Source of the DNA: Abditibacteriaceae bacterium
GTDB taxonomy: Bacteria > Armatimonadota > Abditibacteriia > Abditibacteriales > Abditibacteriaceae
DNA length: 64,000 nt
Assembly: GCA_031425655.1 (NCBI GenBank)
Contig: JANPJS010000016.1
Span: forward strand, 1-64,000
Direction: 5' to 3'
The notes beneath the pieces were generated by a model. The model was not told the origin of the DNA, did not search any database, and saw nothing but the letters and a program-made list of their open reading frames with translations. Made by a program: the position numbers and the translations under genes. Of the stretch, positions 48,565 through 56,361 are shown in pieces (the first letter of the stretch is position 1; each line of letters begins with the position of its first letter).

Positions 48565-48861
48565 ATGGTGGAATTCGAGTGGGACGAAGACAAGAACGAA
48601 TCAAATATCGAAAAGCACGGCTTCGATTTTGAAGACGCTTCCGAAGTCTTTGATAGCCCGATGCTCGTCGCACTCGACACGCGGCCAGATTACGGAGAAG
48701 ACCGCTGGATTGGTCTGGGTTTGCTGGAGCATCGTGTCGTAGTCGTGGTTTATACTTATCGTGATTCTGATAAAATTCGCGTCATCTCAATGCGAAAGGC
48801 GTTGCAACATGAAAGATTCCAATATGAAGAGTTCCTCCGTAACCGATTGGGAACGGATTGA
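48565..48861 (+). CDS. brnT: BrnT-family toxin
   Basis: FEWDEDKNESNIEKHGFDF, YGEDRW, IRVISMRKA. Confidence 0.92.
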   Translation: MVEFEWDEDKNESNIEKHGFDFEDASEVFDSPMLVALDTRPDYGEDRWIGLGLLEHRVVVVVYTYRDSDKIRVISMRKALQHERFQYEEFLRNRLGTD

Positions 48862-49078
48862 CAAACTCACTGACGAACAAATAGATACTTCAGACATTTC
48901 GCCTTTGGATGCTGATTTCTTTTCTCGCGCCACATTGCAGATGCCGAGCAAATCTACCGTCGTGTTGAACGTGGATGCGGATGTTCTCGAATGGTTCCAA
49001 GCACAAGGCGAAAAATCAAAAGAGAGAATGAACGCCGCATTGCGTATCTATGTGGAAGCGCACAAACGGGCGGCGTAA
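48809..49078 (+). CDS. brnA: BrnA-family antitoxin
   Basis: TDWERI..IDTSDIS, VDADVLEWFQAQG...RMNAALR. Confidence 0.9.
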   Translation: MKDSNMKSSSVTDWERIDKLTDEQIDTSDISPLDADFFSRATLQMPSKSTVVLNVDADVLEWFQAQGEKSKERMNAALRIYVEAHKRAA

Positions 49079-49092
49079 CGTCTTAACAAGCG

Positions 49093-49226
49093 ACACGACA
49101 AGGCACTGCACCACCTGCCCAAAGGGCGCCCGGCCTCTGCCCAGAGGGCGCCCCGCTTCGTTCCCTTCGCTCGTGCCTCGCTTCGGTCTCTGCGCTTCCG
49201 GCGGCGGGTGAGCTTGGTCGTTAGGA
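49093..49226 (+). mobile_element. Integron attC site 2 (left arm disrupted by two 17-bp inserts)
   Basis: Nearly identical to attC 1 in its right two-thirds, ends GGTGAGCTTGGTCGTTAGGA. Confidence 0.8.
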
Positions 49227-49266
49227 GGCTTGCGCGCAGCGTTTCGAGAAGCGAGACTTAAAAACG

Positions 49267-49539
49267 ATGCCGTCAAAGCGATTTGAGAAACATTCGAGCC
49301 TTCTGTTTTTCTGTTTAGGCTTTTTTGGCTCGTTCATTTTGCTTGGCTTAATGGTAGCCATAATCCAAAGCGGCTATGCGTCTTGGGTGTTCTTCGCTTT
49401 ATGGGTGTTTGCGTGTTTAAAGTTTTTTAAATGGTCGCCCGTAGCAGCGAAAAGGGCTTTTTCCGGTTTGGGAGTTGGTTTAACTGTAATTATGGTTGTC
49501 ATGCTTTGGTGGCTTCATGTCACCGGGCTTTCAGATTAG
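49267..49539 (+). CDS. Small membrane protein (integron cassette)
   Basis: Three hydrophobic segments, AT-rich, lies between attC 2 and attC 3. Confidence 0.65.
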   Translation: MPSKRFEKHSSLLFFCLGFFGSFILLGLMVAIIQSGYASWVFFALWVFACLKFFKWSPVAAKRAFSGLGVGLTVIMVVMLWWLHVTGLSD

Positions 49540-49565
49540 TCTGTCAAGACACGTCCAGACAAGCA

Positions 49566-49600
49566 GCAGAACAAGGCGCTGCACCCGACCACCTACCGCC
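49566..49600 (+). mobile_element. Truncated attC site 3 (left half only)
   Basis: GCAGAACAAGGCGCTGCACCCGACC matches the left arm of attC 1; right arm absent. Confidence 0.7.
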
Positions 49601-49665
49601 TGCAACAGCGTGCCGCTGAACTTCAGCGGCACGATGCGCGATAAGACACTGCTTGCATTCTGCGG

Positions 49666-50149
49666 CTACATATCCGGGCTTTCATCCGGGGTTGTGGAGG
49701 GCGCTATGATGGTAAATTTCAGCACGCCGTCCAAAGCCGAGGCAGAGAAAGGCGCATCCGATAGCGCGGTGCCGGCTATGCCATTGGCGGTTACGCCGGC
49801 GCTGGCTCCGCTGAAGTTACCTTTGCTGTCGCGGGCCGTTGCTCGCAGCGAGTAATCGCCGATAGACAACTGCGGCAATTTTAAGCTCCACGTCGAGTAG
49901 GCGGCCTCGGTCGTGGCTGTATTGGTCGCCGCCACCTCGTTGACCAAAGCATCGTATTCCGCTGTGAAGGCCGGATTACTCACACTGCCATTCCAATAGC
50001 CTGACGCATTACCGGAAGTCGCCTCGCGATACAGATAAACAGTCACCTTTGCGATGCCGTCGCTGTCGCCGGCGGTGCCCGTTGCTTCGCTCAGGCTACC
50101 GTCGCCGGTGCCACCGGTATAGCTGGCGCCCGCTTGCGGAGAAGTGATA
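49666..50149 (-). pseudogene. Detached 3' part of the large surface protein gene
   Basis: Ig-like module ITSP...LYR...GYWNG homologous to the preceding module; rejoins the frame when the MITE is removed. Confidence 0.8.
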
Positions 50150-50227
50150 TAGGATTCCTCCATGAGTTGTGAATTCAGTCAAGTTCGGGGGCACCTCTCG
50201 GAATTTACAACTCGCTTAGGGGCACTA
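50150..50227. mobile_element. 78-bp MITE with TA target duplication (IS630-type signature)
   Basis: TA-[TAGGATTCCTCCATGAGTTGTGAATTC ... GAATTTACAACTCGCTTAGGGGCACTA]-TA. Confidence 0.8.
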
Positions 50228-53200
50228 TAGTCACTTGCGGCGTGCCGTCGTTTATGATGAACGACACCGCCTGCATCGTGGTTTGGCCATAGGCATCCAG
50301 AGCTTCCATGCGCAAGCGATATTGGCCCGGAAGCAAAAGCGGCAACGCGGGCTGATCGGCGTTTTGCGGCAAAAGCAAAGTCCAGGTTGCAAAACCATCG
50401 CTGCTTTGCACGGCGGGCAGCGAGGAAACCATGTTGTCTTCCAAAAATTGCGGATTACCCAAGTCGCCATTCCAATAGCCGGGACTATTGGCGCCTTCTT
50501 TGGTGCGATACAAAGCCAAGCAGCGCACGCTCACGATGCCGCCGGCGCTGGCCGCCGTGCCGCCGGCCTGTGTCGGAGCTATCGAAATGGTGCCCGCGCT
50601 GGGCGAAGTGATGTTCAACTGCGGCGCGGCCTGACCGGGCGCCGTTACGCTGAGGCTTTCGCCGGCCAGACTGAAGGCGCTTTTGCCGCCGCGCCGGCCC
50701 GGAGACGCATCACCAAAAGCGCCGTTGACATCTCCGTTCGAGGCGTGACTTTGATCCCAGGCGAAGAAACGCAGCGCATCGGGCAGCGTGGCTGGTGCGG
50801 CGCTCTTGGCTAAAAAGCGCAGGCGCGTGCTGGAGCCGTCCGAGGCCAAAAGGCGCGCTCTGTCACCGCGCACCGCGCCTAAAGCCGTCCAGGTCGCGCC
50901 GCCATCTGTGGTGAATTCCCAGCGGCCTTGCGGGCTGTCGGCTTCAAGGGCATCGAAGACGGCGATGCCCTGCACGGCTCCGGCGTCCTCATCGCTAATC
51001 GGCGCGTTATAGGCGCCGGATTGCAGCAAATCGGTGATGCTGCTGCCCGCCGCGCTGACGGTCAACTGCACCGCCCCGCTGTTATCGAGAACCGGCGCAT
51101 CGTTGGTGTCGGTCACGCTGATCGTGAACTTTTTGTCGAAGCTTAACCCGTCGCTATCACTGCCCCGCACTAAGATTGCGTAACTGTTTTTCTGCTCGTA
51201 GTTGAAGTTTCCTTTGGCTTGCAGCGCATTGCCGACGATGCGAAAAAGGCTGTTGCTGCCTCGACCTGTAGGCAAGCTGAAGGTCAAGGTGTCGCCAACG
51301 TCGGGATCGCTGCCGCTCAAGGTGCCAATCGGGGCGTTGGCGCCGGAGTTTTCGGCCACGCTGCTCTTGGAAAGCGCGATGGCGGTCGGCGTTTGGCCGG
51401 GCACTTCAAAGGCGCCAATGTCTATTCTGCCGCCGCGAACACGCGCGAAGCCAGTTCCACGTTGGTCGAAGGGAATCGGCTCGGTCGTGTTGGTATCGCC
51501 ATCCAAATCGAGGGTGTCAGTAGGCAACAGCGCATTATTTCCCGCGTTAATGGCCGGGCTACCCGGCAAAACCGCGATGGTTTTGGTCGGCCCACCATTG
51601 TCTTTGAGCAGCGGCAGACTGGTGTTATCCAGTTCAAGTCCAGCCTCCGCCGCCGTGCCACTCGTGATATTATGGCCGCCATTGGTGAGGCTGCCGCTTG
51701 TGTTGACATCGTTGCCGACAACAAGAGTATTCTTAAGCGTCACCGCGCCTTTGATTTTACTGATGCCGAATCTGTTGCCGCTCACGGTGCAGTTGGTGGC
51801 GGTCAGCGTGCCGGAGCCGTTGTAAATACCGTATTGGGAGTTGCGGTTCAGGGTGCAATTAGTGGAAGTTAACGTGCCGCTGTTGAGAATACCAAAGTAG
51901 TTGAAGCTTAGGGTGCAATTGCTGACGTTCATTGTGCTGTTGGTGGCGTTGACGATGCCTGCGTTGTCGTTGCCACTCAGGGTGCAGTTCTTGGCGGTCA
52001 GCGTGCCGGAGCCGTTGACGATACTATTGGTGCCGCCGCTCAGGATGCAATTGGTGGCGGTCGCTGTGGCGCCCAGGTTGAGGATGCCAAAGGCGTTGGC
52101 ATTCAGAGTGCAATTGGCGGCGTTCAACGTGCCGCTGGTGCCGTTGTAGATGCCATAAAAGTTGTTGTTCAGGGCGCAGTTAGTGATAACCAATGTGCCT
52201 AAGTTGTTGACGCCGTAATGGCTGCGGCTGACGTTCAATCCGTTGAAGTTCACCTTCACGCCACTATTCACGCTGAAAATATCGAACGTGTTTGCGTTGA
52301 CGGCTTGCAGCGTTACGCGCGCCACCGGGCCGGTAATGGTGACATCCGCGCTCAGAGCGTCCAACGCAGTGCCCAGCGAAATGGTCTGCGTGTTCGCAAA
52401 GACCGTCGCATCGAAGGTGATCTGGACGGGATTGGCGAGCGCACTGCCCGTATCGTTAGAGGCATTGATGGCTTCGCGCAGGGTGCAATCCTGAACGCTA
52501 CAAGCGCCGTCGTCGGTATCGGCGGTGCTGGTGACTACGAAGTTCGAGCCGCTTTGCGCCGTGTCGAGTTCAAAAGCGCCGATGTCGCTGCCATTGCCGC
52601 CCGTCGCGTTGGCGACTGCCGGCAAGTCAACAGGCCGCCTGAAGCCACGCTGATCCGTTGCAATTGTGCTGTTGCCGGCATCAAGGGCCGGACTGCCGGG
52701 CAAAAGGGCATGAGTTGGCGTCGGGCCGCCGTTGTCGGCCAGAGGGCCAAGCTGCGGATTGGTATTGCTTATGTCGCCGGGGCCGTTCACGTAGAAGCCT
52801 CTGCTACCGGCAAAGGTGAAGTCGCTACGCAGGTTGTAGCCTTGCGAAGTGACGGTGCCTCCGTTGTTCTCGATGTTTACATTCGGACTGGAGACGGCGA
52901 GGATGGTGTGACTCAGCAGGACTTTCGCATAAAAGCCTTCATTGTAGAAACTTGCGCCATTGCTGGCCGAATTTTCGGCGAAGGTGCAGTGACTTAAAGT
53001 CGCGGTTATCCCGCAGTTATCGAAAGCTTTATTGGAAAGGCCGCCTCCGCTGCCAAAATTCGCGGAGTTTTGGCTGAAAGTGCAGTTGGTTGCCGCCAGA
53101 GTGGTATGACCCAGAAAGTAAACCTCGTTGAAGATGCCGCCGCCCTGATTATTTGCCGTATTCTGTTTCAGGGTGCAACCAGTTAAAGTCATATCCGCAT

Positions 53201-56200
53201 TACGGTTGAAGCCGCTGCCGTCGTTGCCGCTACCGTTATAAATGCCGCCTCCATAATTCGCGGAGTTCTGGCTGATCAAGCAGTTGGTCAGATTAGCAGT
53301 AGAGTTAAAGCTGGCAATGCCACCGCCGTAATTCACCCTATTCTCACTGACCGCGCTATTCTGGCTAATAACGCAGTTGGTTAAGCTCAGGTTGGAAATG
53401 CCGTTAAGACTGCTGGAAGTGTCGTTAAAAACGCCGCCTCCGAAACGCGCAGTGTTCTGTGTGATGACGCAATCGGTCAGGCTCGTGGTGGAAGAGTTGT
53501 TGTAAATGGCGCCGCCCGCTATGTTGAGGGAAGTGCCATCGAAGGCGCCGGCAACGAATCCATTGGTGAATGTCAATCCGGAAATGCTGACTGTGCTGCG
53601 ATCAATGAAAAGCAGACGATAATTGCCGCCGGTATCGCGGCGCACGGTCAGGAGATTGGCGCCCGGCCCGCGCAGGTTGATATTGCTCCTCAACGGAGGC
53701 AAAGCGCCGCTCAGTTGAATCGTGCCGGTTACATTCGCTGCGAAGCTAATCATATCGTCGCCCGCCGCATTGTTGGCGGTGTTGATGGCTTCGCGCAAAG
53801 AGCAGTCGGTTGGGCCGCAAACGCCGTCGTCGTGATCGGCTAAGGTGTTGACCACAAACCTCGGACTAATCTGCGGCGATTCGTTCTTCTCAAAGGCACC
53901 GATGTCCGCCGCGTTGCCGCCCGCCGCGTTGCCCACGCCGGGCAAATCGAGAGGCCGCGTCGAGCCGCGCTGATCGGTGCTGAGCGTGCTGTTGCCGGCA
54001 TCAATGGCCGGACTGCCGGGCAAAAGCGCGAAGGTCAATGTCGGCCCGCCGTTGATGTCAAGCGGGCCAAGATTCGCCGCTTGGCCGGTGATATTATGCG
54101 TGCCGCTTAGCCTAACGCCCGAAATAGCCTGCACCAAGTTGTAATCGCCCGCCGCCACGGTGCCGGAAATATCGCTGCCGCCGCTGTCTGCCGTGTTGCC
54201 CGCGACGATGCTGTTGCTCAAGTTCAAAGTGCCATTGGCGTCGCTGAAGATGCCGCCGCCGCGCCCGGTCGCACGGTTGGCGCTGAAGGTGCTGCTTTGC
54301 ACCGTCAGCGTGCCGAAGTTGCTGATGCCGCCGCCGTTGAGAGCCGCATTGTTGCCGGAAAAAGTGCTGTTGCTCACATTTACCGTCCCGGCATTATTGA
54401 AAATGGCGCCGCCACGCTTGGCAGCGCTGTTACCTGCGAGCGTGCTGCTGCTGAGGTTCACCGTCCCGCCGTTGTTATAAATAGCGCCGCCGTTGTTAGC
54501 GGCGATGTTGTTGCCGAGATGGCTGTTGCTCAGGTTCAAGGTGCCGAAGTTGTTGACGATGCCGGCGCCGTTGAAGCCACTGCCCTGCAAGATCACCACG
54601 CCGCTGATGCTGACAATCGGGCCATTTACTGTTCCGTTGGAAATGGTCAAGACGCGAAAATTGTTGTTGCCGCTGATTTGGAGAAGGTTGCCTGTCCCCG
54701 TAGAGGCGCTTGTGCTGCTAATGCTGAGGTTGCTGCTCAAGTCGGGCAATGCGCTGTTAAGGCCAATCCCGCGGCCTACGCCGTTTGCGAAAGTAATGCT
54801 CGAAGCATCTGGATTGGCGTTGGCGAAGGTTATTGCTTCGCGCAGGCTGGTTTTTCCATCGTTGGCCGTCGCGTCGAACGGGGTGGTGACGATCAAAGAC
54901 GGTATTTCGAGAATCTCGATGGCAACGGTGCCGGCCACGCTGCCACCGATGCCGTCATCGGCGCTGAAATTGAAACTGTCGGGGACGATGATGAGGCGGG
55001 CCTCATAACTCAGCCTGCCGGCGTTGATATCGGCTTGCGTAAACCTGCCGCCGGTGCTGACTATTCCACCATTCAACCTCAGCGAGCCTTGAGCCGGCTG
55101 CGTTGCGAGCGTATACGTTACGGTGTCGCCATCGGCATCGCTGATGTTCAACTGGGAATTGGTGATGATCGCCGTCGTGCCGGCAACAAGACTCAGGCCA
55201 GTATTGGCAGCCACGATTGGAGCAGTGTTTGGCGTGTCGGCTAAGAAAACGTCTGGAGCGTTGTTGGTGTCGCTCAGCGCCGTCAGGTTGGAAGCCGAAC
55301 TCAGAAAGGCGATCTTGCTGCCGTCCCCATTAAACATAGGATAAGAGGAGACCTTGTCGCCGCTGGCGGTGCCGAGGCTGTTCTGACTGATTAAAGTCGT
55401 CACGCCACTGGCCAAAGTGCGCACGAAAATGTCCTGAGCATTGTTGGTATCGCTTTGGGAGGTCAAGTTGGTAGCATCGCTCAGAAAAGCGATCCTGCTG
55501 CCGTCCGGACTAAATATGGGAAAGGATGAGGCTTTATTGCCGGGGCCAGTGCCATCGAGGTTCTGGCTGACCAGAGTCGTAATGCCCTGCGTCAGATCGC
55601 GCACAAAAATGTCTAAATTACCATTGGTGTCGGAGAAAGAGGTCAGGTTGGACGCATAGCTGATAAAAGCGATCTTGCTGCCGTTCGGGCTAAATAATAT
55701 GGACGAGTCCGAGGGAACAGTGGTTGAAGTGCCAGAAACGCCGGTGCCATTTCCAGCGAAGTTTTGACTGACCACAGTCGTGACGCCTTGAGCAAAACCA
55801 TGCACAAAAATATCTGCATCGAAGTTGGTATCGGTTACAGAGGTTAAGTCGGTAGCGAAACTCAAGAAAGCAATTTTGCTCCCATCTGGACTGAATATGG
55901 GATTGGATGAGCTACTGTTGCCGCTGTTGGTGCCGTCTTTATTCTGGCTGACCAGAGTCGTGACGCCACTGGCTAAATCGCGCACGAAAACGTCTCCGAC
56001 GCCGTTTGTATCGCTTAAGTTAGTCAAGTCGGAAGATGAACTTTCAAAAGCGATCTTCCTGCCGTCCGGGCTAAACACGAAGTTTCCACTCCCAGAGTCG
56101 CTACTGGCGCTGCCGTCTTTGTTCTGGCTAACCAGAGCGGTCGCAGCGTGGGCACTGGCGCACATCATCCCCAGCAACACGGACAAAGCCAACGCACACA

Positions 56201-56243
56201 AGAAGTTTCGGCACGACCTCATTACAATTCTTTGTTTCATCAT
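50205..56243 (-). CDS. Large secreted surface protein: TolB/PD40-like propeller, cadherin-like, CSLREA/beta-helix and choice-of-anchor-Q-like repeats (C-terminally truncated)
   Basis: Signal peptide; repeated FSPDGSKIAF; SLREAI x3; NGGPT.T.ALLPGSPAIDAG...DQRG...DIGAFE x3. Confidence 0.88.
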   Translation of the reverse strand: MMKQRIVMRSCRNFLCALALSVLLGMMCASAHAATALVSQNKDGSASSDSGSGNFVFSPDGRKIAFESSSSDLTNLSDTNGVGDVFVRDLASGVTTLVSQNKDGTNSGNSSSSNPIFSPDGSKIAFLSFATDLTSVTDTNFDADIFVHGFAQGVTTVVSQNFAGNGTGVSGTSTTVPSDSSILFSPNGSKIAFISYASNLTSFSDTNGNLDIFVRDLTQGITTLVSQNLDGTGPGNKASSFPIFSPDGSRIAFLSDATNLTSQSDTNNAQDIFVRTLASGVTTLISQNSLGTASGDKVSSYPMFNGDGSKIAFLSSASNLTALSDTNNAPDVFLADTPNTAPIVAANTGLSLVAGTTAIITNSQLNISDADGDTVTYTLATQPAQGSLRLNGGIVSTGGRFTQADINAGRLSYEARLIIVPDSFNFSADDGIGGSVAGTVAIEILEIPSLIVTTPFDATANDGKTSLREAITFANANPDASSITFANGVGRGIGLNSALPDLSSNLSISSTSASTGTGNLLQISGNNNFRVLTISNGTVNGPIVSISGVVILQGSGFNGAGIVNNFGTLNLSNSHLGNNIAANNGGAIYNNGGTVNLSSSTLAGNSAAKRGGAIFNNAGTVNVSNSTFSGNNAALNGGGISNFGTLTVQSSTFSANRATGRGGGIFSDANGTLNLSNSIVAGNTADSGGSDISGTVAAGDYNLVQAISGVRLSGTHNITGQAANLGPLDINGGPTLTFALLPGSPAIDAGNSTLSTDQRGSTRPLDLPGVGNAAGGNAADIGAFEKNESPQISPRFVVNTLADHDDGVCGPTDCSLREAINTANNAAGDDMISFAANVTGTIQLSGALPPLRSNINLRGPGANLLTVRRDTGGNYRLLFIDRSTVSISGLTFTNGFVAGAFDGTSLNIAGGAIYNNSSTTSLTDCVITQNTARFGGGVFNDTSSSLNGISNLSLTNCVISQNSAVSENRVNYGGGIASFNSTANLTNCLISQNSANYGGGIYNGSGNDGSGFNRNADMTLTGCTLKQNTANNQGGGIFNEVYFLGHTTLAATNCTFSQNSANFGSGGGLSNKAFDNCGITATLSHCTFAENSASNGASFYNEGFYAKVLLSHTILAVSSPNVNIENNGGTVTSQGYNLRSDFTFAGSRGFYVNGPGDISNTNPQLGPLADNGGPTPTHALLPGSPALDAGNSTIATDQRGFRRPVDLPAVANATGGNGSDIGAFELDTAQSGSNFVVTSTADTDDGACSVQDCTLREAINASNDTGSALANPVQITFDATVFANTQTISLGTALDALSADVTITGPVARVTLQAVNANTFDIFSVNSGVKVNFNGLNVSRSHYGVNNLGTLVITNCALNNNFYGIYNGTSGTLNAANCTLNANAFGILNLGATATATNCILSGGTNSIVNGSGTLTAKNCTLSGNDNAGIVNATNSTMNVSNCTLSFNYFGILNSGTLTSTNCTLNRNSQYGIYNGSGTLTATNCTVSGNRFGISKIKGAVTLKNTLVVGNDVNTSGSLTNGGHNITSGTAAEAGLELDNTSLPLLKDNGGPTKTIAVLPGSPAINAGNNALLPTDTLDLDGDTNTTEPIPFDQRGTGFARVRGGRIDIGAFEVPGQTPTAIALSKSSVAENSGANAPIGTLSGSDPDVGDTLTFSLPTGRGSNSLFRIVGNALQAKGNFNYEQKNSYAILVRGSDSDGLSFDKKFTISVTDTNDAPVLDNSGAVQLTVSAAGSSITDLLQSGAYNAPISDEDAGAVQGIAVFDALEADSPQGRWEFTTDGGATWTALGAVRGDRARLLASDGSSTRLRFLAKSAAPATLPDALRFFAWDQSHASNGDVNGAFGDASPGRRGGKSAFSLAGESLSVTAPGQAAPQLNITSPSAGTISIAPTQAGGTAASAGGIVSVRCLALYRTKEGANSPGYWNGDLGNPQFLEDNMVSSLPAVQSSDGFATWTLLLPQNADQPALPLLLPGQYRLRMEALDAYGQTTMQAVSFIINDGTPQVTIVPLSEL

Positions 56244-56299
56244 AATTTTCCTTTAAAATAACATCTGTAAAGACGACTGTTTATCACAGACGCCGATAT

Positions 56300-56343
56300 A
56301 AAGTCGAACAGGCGGCCTCCGGAGAAGCCGCCTGCTCGACTTT
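56300..56343 (-). terminator. Hairpin/terminator between the two surface protein genes
   Basis: AAAGTCGAACAGGCGGC-CTCCGGAGAA-GCCGCCTGCTCGACTTT. Confidence 0.65.
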
Positions 56344-56361
56344 GTTAAAACGCGCCAGCGA

